Shown here one piece after another: positions 22,497-32,796 of a DNA stretch of 64,000 nt. The position numbers and the translations under genes are program-made. The notes under the pieces were generated by a model. The model saw only the letters and a program-made list of their open reading frames with translations. It searched no databases and was not told the DNA's origin. Position 1 is the first letter of the stretch. Each line of letters starts with the position of its first letter. Source of the DNA: Dehalococcoidia bacterium (GTDB taxonomy: Bacteria; Chloroflexota; Dehalococcoidia; Dehalococcoidales; W498); NCBI GenBank assembly GCA_011170285.1, contig DUEE01000023.1, positions 7,283-71,282 of the forward strand, written 5' to 3'.

Positions 22497-25400
22497 TTAA
22501 TTTGTCGTGTTCAACGGAGACAAATTCTCAGCAATGATTGAAAGCGCTTTAGGGCCTCTTCTTTGTATCTTCCCATCAACTACTAGCCAACCTTCGCGGA
22601 ACAAGACTTGCCCACATTTTTCCTGAACATTAGCAAATACGGTTACATCAGCTATTCCGGTACCATCCTCCATAATCACATACACTACCCTATTCCCATT
22701 TCTTGTAGGAGGTGTCTGGTAGCGAATTACTGAGCCAGCAATTCTAACAGTCTTGCCGGTAGCTACTGAGGGCAGGTCTTTCATCCGAGTGAATCCATTG
22801 TCAAAGGGTAAGAAATCTAATGGATGCGCTGATAAATCTAGAGACAGAAGCTCTCTTTCAATTAGCATCTTTGTCTTAACATCGCTTCTTACTGCCTCTT
22901 TTATTATCCCTGGTTCCAGCCTTTCGTCTTCAAAAAAGGCTCTGGCTCCCCGACCTACTATGCGTTTCAGTTTCATCAGTTCGGGAAGCTGTGAGAGCAA
23001 TTCACTTCTATCATCGAGAGAATCGAAGGCGTTGACCTTGAGCAAGTTCTCTACAATAGGCTGACTGGTGTTTGTTCTCAAGACAAAGTCCCTCAGTGAA
23101 GTGAATTTGCCATTGGCTCTTTCCGATAATATAGATTCCATTACCTCTTTTGACATTCCTTTTAGTTGCCTGAGACTAACTCTTATTGCTCCATTTTCTA
23201 CAGTATAGTGGTCAGTGGAGTAGTTGATATCGAGGGGTAATATTTTAACTCCGAACCTCTTGGCATCGGCTATCAGGACTCGCGGTGGGTAATACCCCAT
23301 AGGCTGGTTTGACAGTACCGCGGCGAAGAACTCGGCAGGATAATGGCATTTTAGCCAGAGAGTCTGGTAGGCAATGACAGCGTAGGCAGCGGCATGGGCT
23401 TCGCAAAATCCATATGCAGCAAAGGAAGCTAGCTGCTCAAAGACCTTCGATGCGAGAGCCCGATCCACACCACCGCCGACAGCACTGGAAATAAAGAAGC
23501 CCCGCATCTTTTCCATTTCCTCTTGGGTACGGTCATGGGTCATAGCTCTTCTGAAACCATCAGCCCCGGCATAGCTCATGCCAGCCAGGTCATGTGCCAC
23601 TTTCAATACCTGTTCCTGGTAGAGTATCACTCCCAGTGTTTCACCCAGGGCATTCTTTAACCTTGGGTGAAGATAGGTTACTGGTTCTTTACCGTGTCTT
23701 CTAGGCAGGTAAAGCTTGTCCATGTTTGACTTGAGAGGTCCCGGTCTGACCAGGGAAATTGAAACTATTATGTCTTCAAAGCGGTTGGGCAACAGTCTCC
23801 CTGCCATCTCCCTCTGTGCTGGTGACTCCAGTTGGAAGGTGCCAATTGATTTACCGTCACAGAGCATGGCGAAGGATTCAGGGTCATTTCGGTCTATCCT
23901 GTCCAGATCAATATCAATGTCTCTGGCCTTCTTTATATTGGACAGCGTATCCTCGATGACAGTTAAGGTAGGCAGTGCCAGGATGTCCATCTTGACAATG
24001 CCCAACTTCTCAATATCATTTTTATCATACTGGCTGATGATGTCACCACCGCTGGACCATTCCAGAGGAACTAGGTCTGAGAGCCTGCCATCTCCAATCA
24101 GCAATCCCCCCAGGTGAACTGACATGTGCTTGGGGAACCCATCAATGGCAGCACACATCTTGAAGAACTTGGCAAGCTCAGGTCGTTTATAGATATCGCT
24201 CTTCTTTAACTCGGGATAGGAATCTGCGTATTCCAGGAGTTGAGATGCCGACAGGTAATGAATGCCCTTACAGGCTTCGCCAATTAGCTCTTGAGGTATT
24301 TGCAGGGCTTTACCTACATCCCGGATAGCTCCCCTAGCCATATAGGTGTTAATGGTGCCGACACAGGCAACATTTTCGGCCCCATATTTTTGATAGATAT
24401 AGTCTCTCACTTCATCTCGGCGCCGGCGGTCGATGTCCAGATCAATATCGGGCGGCTCATACCGTAGAGGATGCATAAAGCGTTCAAAGAGCAGGTCATG
24501 CTCGATAGGGTCAACATTGCTGATATCCAGGGCATAGACGACCAGGCTGTCTACGGAACTGCCTCTTGCCTGGCACCTTATACCGTGTTCCCTTGCCCAA
24601 CGGACAATATCCCCGACGACGAGGAAATAGCCACAGAAGCCGAGTCTGCTTATTATGTCAAGCTCATACTCCAGGCGATTTCCGATTTTCGGTGTTAATG
24701 AGCTATACTTCCTTAAAGCTCCGGCCCGGGCTATCTTTGATAGATAACTGCAGTCGTTTTCGCCTCTGGGAGTATCAAATCTGGGGAAATGCAGTTTTCC
24801 TGTTTCCAGTTCCAGGCTACATCTCGAAGCTATCTCCTCTGTCATAGTTATTGCTTCAGGTAGATCTCTAAAGAGCTTGGACATCTCTTGCGACGACTTC
24901 AGGTATTGCTCCACAGTGCGGCAGCTCGGTAACTGAGACACCGGGATATTCAGGTCAATAGCATTGAGCAGTTCCTTGACTCTGTATTCCTCCATTTCAG
25001 CATAGTGGACATTGTTGGTGGCCACTATGGGTATGCCTTCTTCTTCAGCAAAGCTGGCAAGTTGGTGGCTGCTGCTCATTCCCTCTCTGGATGGATAGCG
25101 GATGAGTTCCACGAAGAAGTCACTTCCGTAGATTTCCCGGTAGAAACGAGCTGCTTCCTTGGCTTGCTCCACTCTACCTTTCTCAATCAGGGATGGCAGT
25201 TTACCTCTGCTACAGCCAGACAGGGCTATCAAGCCAGCATTAAACTTGCTTAGCATCTCCCCAGTGGCGACAGGCTGTCTACCTCGGTTTGCCAAGTGAG
25301 CTTCGGTGAGCAGCCGGCACAGATTAGAGTAGCCCTTTTTATTCTTGCAGAGCAGGGTGAGATGGTAGTTATCTTCCAGGCTGATTTCTACACCTACGAT

Positions 25401-25583
25401 GGGCTTTATGCCCAGAGCCTTAGCCTTCTCATAAAACCTAATGGCTCCTGTTAGCCGGTTATGGTCGGTTAGAGCCAGAGCGGGCATTTCTAGTGCCTTT
25501 ACCTTCTCCAAAAGTTTGTCCAGAGAAGAGGCACCGTCAAGAAAGCTATATTGGGAGTGGACATGAAGGTGAATAAAACCCAT
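22497..25583 (-). CDS. dnaE: DNA polymerase III alpha-family (C-family) polymerase with DnaE2-like architecture
   Basis: The start is re-set to ATG at 25583 (MGFIHLHVHSQYSFLDGAS, PHP domain), with GAGG 8 nt upstream. The track ORF instead extends upstream to 25748. About 1028 aa. The protein ends right after the OB fold (TVRIAGSVIRYQTPPTRNGNRVVYVIMEDGTG...), so no tau-binding C-terminal domain is visible. Confidence 0.88.
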   Translation of the reverse strand: MGFIHLHVHSQYSFLDGASSLDKLLEKVKALEMPALALTDHNRLTGAIRFYEKAKALGIKPIVGVEISLEDNYHLTLLCKNKKGYSNLCRLLTEAHLANRGRQPVATGEMLSKFNAGLIALSGCSRGKLPSLIEKGRVEQAKEAARFYREIYGSDFFVELIRYPSREGMSSSHQLASFAEEEGIPIVATNNVHYAEMEEYRVKELLNAIDLNIPVSQLPSCRTVEQYLKSSQEMSKLFRDLPEAITMTEEIASRCSLELETGKLHFPRFDTPRGENDCSYLSKIARAGALRKYSSLTPKIGNRLEYELDIISRLGFCGYFLVVGDIVRWAREHGIRCQARGSSVDSLVVYALDISNVDPIEHDLLFERFMHPLRYEPPDIDLDIDRRRRDEVRDYIYQKYGAENVACVGTINTYMARGAIRDVGKALQIPQELIGEACKGIHYLSASQLLEYADSYPELKKSDIYKRPELAKFFKMCAAIDGFPKHMSVHLGGLLIGDGRLSDLVPLEWSSGGDIISQYDKNDIEKLGIVKMDILALPTLTVIEDTLSNIKKARDIDIDLDRIDRNDPESFAMLCDGKSIGTFQLESPAQREMAGRLLPNRFEDIIVSISLVRPGPLKSNMDKLYLPRRHGKEPVTYLHPRLKNALGETLGVILYQEQVLKVAHDLAGMSYAGADGFRRAMTHDRTQEEMEKMRGFFISSAVGGGVDRALASKVFEQLASFAAYGFCEAHAAAYAVIAYQTLWLKCHYPAEFFAAVLSNQPMGYYPPRVLIADAKRFGVKILPLDINYSTDHYTVENGAIRVSLRQLKGMSKEVMESILSERANGKFTSLRDFVLRTNTSQPIVENLLKVNAFDSLDDRSELLSQLPELMKLKRIVGRGARAFFEDERLEPGIIKEAVRSDVKTKMLIERELLSLDLSAHPLDFLPFDNGFTRMKDLPSVATGKTVRIAGSVIRYQTPPTRNGNRVVYVIMEDGTGIADVTVFANVQEKCGQVLFREGWLVVDGKIQRRGPKALSIIAENLSPLNTTN

Positions 25584-25593
25584 AGCTGCTACC

Positions 25594-25842
25594 TCAATCG
25601 AGAATCCTGGAAAGAAACCAACTCTCACCAAGCTTATAAAGCTCATAGGTACCTTTGCTTGAATTGCTAGCGTTAACGCGAACAAAAAGGCGTATTGCTT
25701 TTCCGTTCCACCACTCGGATGGTTCCCGCCACCAGCCGATAACCTCATTAACCCGGTAGAGTCGTTTCCTCCAGATAAAGGCGGTTATCAAGGAATCTTC
25801 TTTCCTGTGTACTTTTATTGGTTCACCAATAAGCTTCGACAT
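25594..25842 (-). CDS. 82-aa Trp-rich protein co-transcribed with the DnaE2-like gene
   Basis: GGAG lies 8 nt upstream of the ATG. The stop is 10 nt before the dnaE ATG. Sequence: IWRKRLYRVNEVIGWWREPSEWWNGKAIRLFVRVNAS...YELYKLGESWFLSRILD. Confidence 0.6.
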   Translation of the reverse strand: MSKLIGEPIKVHRKEDSLITAFIWRKRLYRVNEVIGWWREPSEWWNGKAIRLFVRVNASNSSKGTYELYKLGESWFLSRILD

Positions 25843-25873
25843 CGCATTGGCTCCGGAGGGAAAGGGAATTACT

Positions 25874-25903
25874 ATTATATTAGAACATATGTTTCATTGT
25901 CAA
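25874..25903 (-). promoter_or_regulatory. strong sigma-70 promoter for the orf82-dnaE operon
   Basis: Read on the minus strand: TTGACA (25903-25898), 18-nt spacer, TATAAT (25879-25874). It sits 31 nt upstream of the ATG at 25842. Confidence 0.6.
25882..25895. promoter_or_regulatory. LexA (Cheo/SOS) box-like palindrome inside the promoter spacer
   Basis: AGAACATATGTTTC fits GAAC-N4-GTTY of the Gram-positive-type consensus CGAACRNRYGTTYC. It lies wholly between the -35 and -10 elements. Confidence 0.55.
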
Positions 25904-26048
25904 GGGTTTTTGGCACGAAATCTGGGTGTTGTTGTATAATCACTTCAGGAGAAGTAAAGGAAATGTCGGCTTCTTGGAGTTAACCGCCTTGAATTTGCTA
26001 CCATCTTATCAGCTACCGTTATAGCTAACCAAAGCTAAAATGTAAACC

Positions 26049-28493
26049 TTATTTTAGCCCCACGGGGTTAATATCCACAATCCAGCCCTGAGGGACAGGT
26101 ATTGGCGATAGAAAAGCAGAAAGTTCAGCGCCACGAACTATTATTTGCCACCGATACCTTCCCCGCAGCCTATGAATAAAGGCTGGGGCGGGACCAATTA
26201 GACTAAGGTTAGCTATCCCCCTTGAGTCTCTTTCTTCAATGAGCAAGCGCTTCATTCTCTCTGCTTCCCGCTGGCAAAGAGCCTCATTAGCATGACTATA
26301 AACAAGGCTAGCTAGTTGACTGAAAGGAGGATTATAAAGCTGGCGGCGATAGTTGATTTCCTGGTTATAGAAAAGGGCATAGTCGTGTTTAGCTGCCGCC
26401 TTGATAGCATAATGCTCAGGGGAATAGGTTTGAAGGATAACCTGCCCTCCTAAGCTGCCGCGACCTGCCCTCCCTGCCACCTGACTCATAAGCTGAAAAG
26501 TATTCTCCCCGGCCCGGAAGTCAGGTAGATTTAAAGCAGTATCGGCACAAACTACTCCCACCAGAGTAACCAGGGGTAAATCCAATCCCTTGGCAATCAT
26601 TTGCGTGCCAATAAGAATATCAGCCTCATGGGCACGCAACTTGCCTAATATTTCCCTATGCGAATACTTCCCCCGGGCAACATCACTATCCCAACGCAGC
26701 AGCCTGGCTTGGGGAAAAGTAAAACTCGTTTCTTGCTCCAACTTCTGGGTGCCAATACCTAGAAACTTTATTCGGCGACTTAAGCACTGGGGGCAAATCT
26801 GAGGCACTGATGTTCTATAGTTACACTGATGGCAGACTAAAACATCTTGAGTAAGGTGATAGGTAAGGGTAACATCACAGCGCTTACAGCGAAGGACAAA
26901 GCCACAACTCCGACATTGAATGAAGGTAGCTGCTCCTCGTCGATTAAGAAATAGAATCACCTGCTCGCCATTGGTAACTGCTTTAGCCGTAGCCCGTGAC
27001 AAAGAGCGACTAAAGAGGCTTCTATTTCCCGCCTTCAGCTCTTGCCTTAAATCTACTACTTTGACCTGGGGGAGGGGTGAACCCTCGCCGGGGGTAACTC
27101 TCTCCGAAAGCTCAAGGAGGCGATAGTCTCCTATTTGAGCGTGGTAAAAAGTCTCCACATCAGGGGTAGCACTACCCAGAATAACCACCGCCCCGGTTAA
27201 CTCAGCCAGCTTCATAGCCACATCACGGGCGTGGTAGCCAGGCGATTTATCGTGCTGTTTATAGGTCCATTCATGCTCTTCATCAATAACAATGATACCC
27301 AGGTCAGGTTGAGGAGCAAAAATGGCACTCCTGGAACCAATAACCACATCAAATTCTCCATCTCTTATTCGCTGCCACTCATCAAATTGTTCACCCAAGG
27401 AGAGCTTACTGTGAAGGACAGCCACTTTATGGGGAAAGCGCGAGGCAAATCGCTCTATGGTTTGGGCAGTAAGAGCAATCTCTGGAACTAAAACAATGCC
27501 TCGCTTACCCAGCCTCACTGCCTCAGCCAGAGCCTGGAGATAAATTTCCGTCTTGCCACTTCCAGTAACCCCGCGAAGCAAAAAAACATTTGGTTGTGGA
27601 TTACCCTTCGCCGCCGACATTAGGCTTGACTTAATAGAGTTGAATGCTGACTTTTGGGTTTTGGTAAGGGTCAGCGGATAAGATAAAGCAATGCTCTCAT
27701 AGGAAATTGGCTCGCGTTTTACTTCAATTGGCTCAATCTTGGCTAAACCCTTGCTGACTAAGGCGTCAGCTACCGCTTTATCACAGCTGACTCTCTGCCT
27801 GACTTCTGCTAAAGGCACTGCTTCAGACTGATGAGCCAAAAAGTCGAGAAGAGCCGCCTGTCTAATAGCCCTTTTCCCACGCAGTCTAGCTGCCTCCTGC
27901 CTAGCTTCACTAGCCTTCACCACCAGACGCAGGTAACGCACCTTCTTTGGTTTTACCTTAACTCTCTCCAGTTCATAGCTCTTGACCACCAAACCCTGAG
28001 CAATTAATTTAGAGGTGATAATCCTAGCCTGTCTCGCCCCCAATTTTCTCTCCAGTTCCCTGAGACTAATTTTGCCCTGTCTCCCAACTAATTCGAAAAC
28101 ATCCTCCTGTCTAGGGGTAAGAGAGGACGTATCTTGTTCATGGGGAATTGAGGAACTAGATACAAAAGTAACTACCTTCCGCTCAAATCCTGGCGGTAGC
28201 ATTAGCGCCACCGCATTAAAGAGTGGTGATAGGTAATACTCGCTGAGCCAGCGAGCCAGTGATACCTGGAAGGAAGATATTAGAGGGCGGGTCTCAATAA
28301 CATCAGCTATTTCCCTGGTTTCCTCTACCAATGGGTAATGGCTTAGTTCCAAGACAATACCCTGGAGGAGCTTATCACCGAAGGGAACCAACACCGCCTG
28401 CCCCACATCAATGGTTAAACCAGAGGGTATAGTATAGCTAAACATCCGGCGCTGGGCTACCGGCGAATTAACACTAACCTCGGCATACTCCAC
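26049..28493 (-). CDS. priA: primosomal protein N' (replication restart helicase PriA)
   Basis: 814 aa with Walker A GVTGSGKTE, DEEH and a cysteine-rich zinc region (CRSCGFVLRCKRCDV...CHQCNY...CPQC). Confidence 0.95.
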   Translation of the reverse strand: MEYAEVSVNSPVAQRRMFSYTIPSGLTIDVGQAVLVPFGDKLLQGIVLELSHYPLVEETREIADVIETRPLISSFQVSLARWLSEYYLSPLFNAVALMLPPGFERKVVTFVSSSSIPHEQDTSSLTPRQEDVFELVGRQGKISLRELERKLGARQARIITSKLIAQGLVVKSYELERVKVKPKKVRYLRLVVKASEARQEAARLRGKRAIRQAALLDFLAHQSEAVPLAEVRQRVSCDKAVADALVSKGLAKIEPIEVKREPISYESIALSYPLTLTKTQKSAFNSIKSSLMSAAKGNPQPNVFLLRGVTGSGKTEIYLQALAEAVRLGKRGIVLVPEIALTAQTIERFASRFPHKVAVLHSKLSLGEQFDEWQRIRDGEFDVVIGSRSAIFAPQPDLGIIVIDEEHEWTYKQHDKSPGYHARDVAMKLAELTGAVVILGSATPDVETFYHAQIGDYRLLELSERVTPGEGSPLPQVKVVDLRQELKAGNRSLFSRSLSRATAKAVTNGEQVILFLNRRGAATFIQCRSCGFVLRCKRCDVTLTYHLTQDVLVCHQCNYRTSVPQICPQCLSRRIKFLGIGTQKLEQETSFTFPQARLLRWDSDVARGKYSHREILGKLRAHEADILIGTQMIAKGLDLPLVTLVGVVCADTALNLPDFRAGENTFQLMSQVAGRAGRGSLGGQVILQTYSPEHYAIKAAAKHDYALFYNQEINYRRQLYNPPFSQLASLVYSHANEALCQREAERMKRLLIEERDSRGIANLSLIGPAPAFIHRLRGRYRWQIIVRGAELSAFLSPIPVPQGWIVDINPVGLK

Positions 28494-28559
28494 CTGTTAA
28501 ACTCCAACAATAACCGGTTCTCAGAAAAATGTTAGGTTTTCCGGGTGTTTAAGGTAGCT

Positions 28560-28934
28560 CTAGTCTGACTTCTGCTCCTGTTTCTTTTTCTTGCTTACTG
28601 GCTTTTCCTTGATACGAGACGCCTTGGCACTTAGCCCACGCAAGTAATGAAGCTTAGCCCGGCGTACCTTCCCATGGCGTACTACTTCCACTCTGTCTAC
28701 CAGTGGTGAGTATAGAGGAAAGGTACGCTCAACACCAACACCATAAGCAACACGCCTCACGGTAAAGCTAGCACCGACCCCACCGTGCCGAACCTTGATT
28801 ACTACCCCCTTAAATAACTGGGGGCGCTCCCTTTCCCCTTCCACAATCTTAGCCGTGACCTTTATTGTGTCACCAGGGGCAATATCAGGAATATTAGGAT
28901 TGGGTTTGATTTCAATTAGTGATTCCATATTCAT
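28560..28934 (-). CDS. rplS: 50S ribosomal protein L19
   Basis: The start is re-set to ATG at 28934 (MNMESLIEI...). It contains PGDTIKV...[16 protein letters not shown]...[14 protein letters not shown]...RRAKLHYLR. Confidence 0.93.
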   Translation of the reverse strand: MNMESLIEIKPNPNIPDIAPGDTIKVTAKIVEGERERPQLFKGVVIKVRHGGVGASFTVRRVAYGVGVERTFPLYSPLVDRVEVVRHGKVRRAKLHYLRGLSAKASRIKEKPVSKKKKQEQKSD

Positions 28935-28951
28935 TTTATTAGACTCCCATA

Positions 28952-29737
28952 TTATATTGTATTTGTCAGGGACAAGTTTGAAGGGGGTGGGGTTGGCAAG
29001 CAATTTCTTAACCCATCTACTAGCTGTCTCTCCCCCAAACTTAGACTAGCCTTATCTATTAGTTCTGGGCGGCGCTCTAGAGTGCGCTTAATAGCCTGCT
29101 CACGGCGCCAGTTAGTGATTTGGGCATGATTTCCTAAAAGTAAAACCTGAGGCACCGACCATCCTCTAAATACCGCAGGACGAGTGTATTGGGGGTATTC
29201 TAATAGCCCAGCGGCATAAGAATCATCCATGGATGAAGCCTTTGAGCCAAGAACCCCTGGCAGTAGCCTGACTACAGCATCTACCACCACCATAGCCGCT
29301 AGGTCACCACCGCTAAGCACATAATCACCAATACTGATCTCATCGGTAACCAGGTGCTCACGAACCCGCTCATCAACCCCTTCATAGCGACCACAGATAA
29401 GAATCATATATCTATAGCTTGATAGCTCGTTAGCAATCTCCTGTGAAAAGGGGCGACCCTGTGGAGTAAGTAGAATAATTGGTAATATATCAACCCCTTC
29501 TTTTATGTCCGGTTTAATTGACTCTACCGTCTCAAAAATAGGTTCGGGCTTGAGTACCATGCCGGCTCCACCACCATAAGTATAATCATCAACGATATGA
29601 TGTTTATCGTGAGTGCAGTCACGAATATTATGAATATTAATCCTGACCAGCCCTTGGTCAATAGCCCGATTGAGGATTCCAGTGCTAAATGGGCTTTGGA
29701 ACATCTGAGGAAATAAAGTCAAAATATCAATTTGCAC
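28952..29737 (-). CDS. trmD: tRNA (guanine37-N1)-methyltransferase
   Basis: Likely GTG start at 29737 ([13 protein letters not shown]) with GGAAGGA upstream. It contains [12 protein letters not shown] and [10 protein letters not shown]. Confidence 0.92.
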   Translation of the reverse strand: MQIDILTLFPQMFQSPFSTGILNRAIDQGLVRINIHNIRDCTHDKHHIVDDYTYGGGAGMVLKPEPIFETVESIKPDIKEGVDILPIILLTPQGRPFSQEIANELSSYRYMILICGRYEGVDERVREHLVTDEISIGDYVLSGGDLAAMVVVDAVVRLLPGVLGSKASSMDDSYAAGLLEYPQYTRPAVFRGWSVPQVLLLGNHAQITNWRREQAIKRTLERRPELIDKASLSLGERQLVDGLRNCLPTPPPSNLSLTNTI

Positions 29738-29863
29738 TGACCTAATCCTTCCCGCTATTCCGAGTGTTCTCAATTGCCTCCTCTTCAATAGCAGTTTCTA
29801 TTCTACCATATACAAAGCATATATCAAAATCATTGAATTTGATAAATTTAACCACAAAAAGAC

Positions 29864-29894
29864 TTGACAAATGGGGGCAGATGTGTAGTAGAAT
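29864..29894 (+). promoter_or_regulatory. putative mraZ promoter
   Basis: TTGACA at 29864-29869. The -10 is ambiguous: TAGTAG with a 16-nt spacer or TAGAAT with a 19-nt spacer. Confidence 0.4.
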
Positions 29895-29917
29895 GGTGGA
29901 AAGTGGGAGAAAGTGGT
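29893..29917 (+). promoter_or_regulatory. three phased TGG(G/T) boxes, candidate MraZ operator
   Basis: aTGGTg (29893), gTGGGa (29903) and gTGGTa (29913) have exact 10-bp periodicity. Two boxes read AAAGTGG. They lie between the promoter and the mraZ ATG at 29947. Confidence 0.5.
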
Positions 29918-29946
29918 AAAATAAGGGGACGAGTGAAGGACTAACA

Positions 29947-30372
29947 ATGTTTTTTGGTGAATTTGAATATAAGATTGATGAAAAGGGGAGAGTGCCTATC
30001 CCCCCCAGGTTCAGAAGAGAATTAAAAGAGGGAGTGATATTAACTCCGGGGATGGAGAACTGTATCTCCGTCTATCCACTATCTGAGTGGAGAAAGTTGG
30101 CGACCGCACTTACCACCGGTTCAGTTACACGCAGTAAGCTGAGGAAGCTAAATCGGGCTATTTTTGCCACTGCCTTTAGTATCAGCATAGATGGGCAGGG
30201 AAGAATAGCTCTGCCGATTTCGCTAAGGCAGTATGCTGAGATTGTAGATGATGTAATTATAGCTGGCGCTAATACTTATCTTGAACTGTGGAATAAAGAG
30301 CAGTGGGAATCAGAAAAGTCTATTAGCCAAGAGCAATCCTGGCAGATTATAGAAAGCTTAGAAAGGCACTAA
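29947..30372 (+). CDS. mraZ: transcriptional regulator MraZ
   Basis: 141 aa with two SpoVT/AbrB-like halves ([13 protein letters not shown] and DGQGRIALP). Confidence 0.93.
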   Translation: MFFGEFEYKIDEKGRVPIPPRFRRELKEGVILTPGMENCISVYPLSEWRKLATALTTGSVTRSKLRKLNRAIFATAFSISIDGQGRIALPISLRQYAEIVDDVIIAGANTYLELWNKEQWESEKSISQEQSWQIIESLERH

Positions 30373-31436
30373 TGAATCTAACAATGTTAATCCCCACTCA
30401 TATCCCGGTTCTAGTGAACGAGATACTGGAGGCACTAGCTGTTCAGCCTGGGGGTCGCTATATAGATTGCACCCTCGGTGCTGGCGGGCATGCTGCTGCC
30501 ATTTTAGAGCGCAGTTCTCCCGGTGGGCAACTACTGGGTATTGACGCTGACCCTGAAGCCATAAAAATAGCCAGGGCAAGACTTGAAGCCTATAGTGGTT
30601 CAAGTCTTCTCATTAACGAAAACTTCGCTAATTTACAGACTATCTGCATTAAATATGACTTCTTCCCGGTGCACGGTATCTTGTTAGACCTGGGGCTATC
30701 CTCTCTTCAGCTCAATGGGAGTGGTCGTGGTTTCAGTTTCCAGCACGATGCACCTCTTGACATGCGGTTGAGTCCCAATCAGGAGGTTACTGCCGCCGAT
30801 ATCATTAATACAGTCTCCGAGGCTGAACTAGCTCACCTTATAAGGGAATATGGTGAGGAAGGCCATAGCTGGCAAATAGCTCACCACATTGTTAACCAAC
30901 GCCCTATAAAAACTACCCTTCAACTGGCTCAGACGATAGAGCAAGCTACTGGTGGGAGACGGGGTAGACTCCACCCTGCCACTAAAACTTTTCAGGCACT
31001 AAGAATAGCGGTTAACCATGAACTTGAGCATCTAGAAGCAGCCCTCAAGCAGACAATCGACCTCCTTGGCTTTGAAGGTAGATTGGTGGTCATTAGCTAT
31101 CACTCCCTTGAAGACCGGATAGTGAAACAATTTATGCGACAGGAATCAAGAAATTGTATTTGTCCCCCAGGTACACCAACCTGTGTTTGCCGACATACCG
31201 CCAGTTTAAGATTAATCAATAAGAAGGTTACTAGTCCTTCCCTAACGGAGATTCAACTTAATCCGCGCAGCCGCAGTGCCAAATTGAGAGCGGCTGAGCG
31301 CATTGCTAATCAGGATGAGCTCCATATCACCGTTGAAGAATTGGGGGGTTCTACGGAGATTAAAGACAATGGATGGAGGAGACCAGCTTTACTAAAGAAG
31401 CTCCGAAGGACATTCTTATCCGCTCAGTTTGGATAA
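30372..31436 (+). CDS. rsmH: 16S rRNA (cytosine1402-N4)-methyltransferase
   Basis: 354 aa with [35 protein letters not shown] and [10 protein letters not shown]. About 45 aa of C-terminal extension. Confidence 0.95.
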   Translation: MNLTMLIPTHIPVLVNEILEALAVQPGGRYIDCTLGAGGHAAAILERSSPGGQLLGIDADPEAIKIARARLEAYSGSSLLINENFANLQTICIKYDFFPVHGILLDLGLSSLQLNGSGRGFSFQHDAPLDMRLSPNQEVTAADIINTVSEAELAHLIREYGEEGHSWQIAHHIVNQRPIKTTLQLAQTIEQATGGRRGRLHPATKTFQALRIAVNHELEHLEAALKQTIDLLGFEGRLVVISYHSLEDRIVKQFMRQESRNCICPPGTPTCVCRHTASLRLINKKVTSPSLTEIQLNPRSRSAKLRAAERIANQDELHITVEELGGSTEIKDNGWRRPALLKKLRRTFLSAQFG

Positions 31437-31529
31437 ATCATTGAGACTAAGAAAAAGAGGAGGTTGCGAAAAAAATGTAAAAGGTAAATTCAAAAGGGAG
31501 CATAAACCTAGCTAAAAAGGAGGGAGAAG

Positions 31530-32747
31530 ATGAAAAAGCGAACCACCGTAGCTTCTATTGATGTTGGCACCACGAAGATATGCACCACCATAGCTGATGT
31601 AAGTGATGGAGGTAGCATCCGGATTGTAGGAGTGGGTATTACCCCATCCAGAGGGTTACATAAAGGACTAGTAGTCAACATCAACGATGCCAGAGAGGCA
31701 ATACACCAGTCAGTGAAAAAAGCGGAACAAGCCAGCAACTATAAAATAGAATCTTCCTATATCGGCGTCACTGGGAGACATGTCAGCTCACTCAATAACC
31801 GAGGGGTGGTAGCCATCACTCGCAATGATAGATTGGTACGTCCAGATGACTTAAGGCGAGTACTTCAATCTGCCCAAAACATCAAAGTTCCTAATGACAG
31901 AAAGCTGCTTCATATTATTCCTCGGGGTTATGCTGTTGATGGTCAGGTAGGAGTCAAGAACCCAGTAGGGATGCACGGCTTCCGGCTAGATGTGGAGACG
32001 CACATCATTACTGCAGCAGTAACTTCCGTCCAAAATCTAATAAAGTGTATTCGCAGTATAGGCATAGATATTGATGACCTCGTCCTCGAACCTTTAGCTG
32101 CCAGCGAGTCAGTATTGACTGAAGATGAGAAGCAAATAGGTGTCATACTAGCTGACATCGGCGGTGGTACTACAGATGTCGCTGTCTTCAGAGAGGGAAG
32201 CATTTGGCATACCTCTATTCTCCCTGTAGCTGGTTATCAAATCACCAGAGATATTGCTATTGGTTTGGGGTTACCATTTGATGTAGCTGAGGAGATGAAA
32301 AAACGGTATGGCAGCGTTATGCCAGTTTACGAAAGCAAGGCAGAAACTAGCAACACAATATCAGAAGACGGACACGGTGTCTCCTATCAAGACCTATGCG
32401 ACATCGTCAGGGCTCGGGTTGAGGAAATCGTAAGACTTATATTGCTAGAGCTACCACGCTCTGAATACGAGACATTAGTCCCGGCCGGGCTGGTGCTTAC
32501 TGGCGGCAGCTCTAACCTTTCTGGCATAGAATCCCTGGGACGCGATATACTTCGACTCCCGGTAAGAGTAGGCGTTCCTACCAATATGTATGGTATCACC
32601 GATGCTCTCCGCGATCCTGCATACGCCACAAGCGTTGGGCTCCTACTGTGGGGAGCAAAACATGACAGCGCACAGACCCGGCGACCCCGCGGACTGGGCG
32701 CAGTTTTAAGGCATTTAACTTTTCGAATTAGGAACCTGTTCCGCTAG
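31530..32747 (+). CDS. ftsA: cell division protein FtsA
   Basis: 405 aa with an actin-like fold (IDVGTTKI, DIGGGTTD, LTGGSS) and a C-terminal amphipathic helix. Confidence 0.93.
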   Translation: MKKRTTVASIDVGTTKICTTIADVSDGGSIRIVGVGITPSRGLHKGLVVNINDAREAIHQSVKKAEQASNYKIESSYIGVTGRHVSSLNNRGVVAITRNDRLVRPDDLRRVLQSAQNIKVPNDRKLLHIIPRGYAVDGQVGVKNPVGMHGFRLDVETHIITAAVTSVQNLIKCIRSIGIDIDDLVLEPLAASESVLTEDEKQIGVILADIGGGTTDVAVFREGSIWHTSILPVAGYQITRDIAIGLGLPFDVAEEMKKRYGSVMPVYESKAETSNTISEDGHGVSYQDLCDIVRARVEEIVRLILLELPRSEYETLVPAGLVLTGGSSNLSGIESLGRDILRLPVRVGVPTNMYGITDALRDPAYATSVGLLLWGAKHDSAQTRRPRGLGAVLRHLTFRIRNLFR

Positions 32748-32796
32748 CTGTCCCAGGAAAGAATACTTTTTAAATATAGACAAGAAAGGAGGAGAG

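Noticed and set aside
25584-25748. 55-codon N-terminal extension of the polymerase ORF (the 1083-aa version)
   Set aside because: The extension overlaps the 82-aa ORF in another frame and has no RBS. The PHP domain starts at the internal Met (MGFIHLHVHS), which has GAGG upstream.
28935-29003. N-terminal extension of the L19 ORF, with similar cases at trmD (29738-29788) and nrdR (34059-34121)
   Set aside because: The extensions overlap upstream genes or promoter elements and lack an RBS. Conserved N-termini begin at the internal starts used in the feature table.
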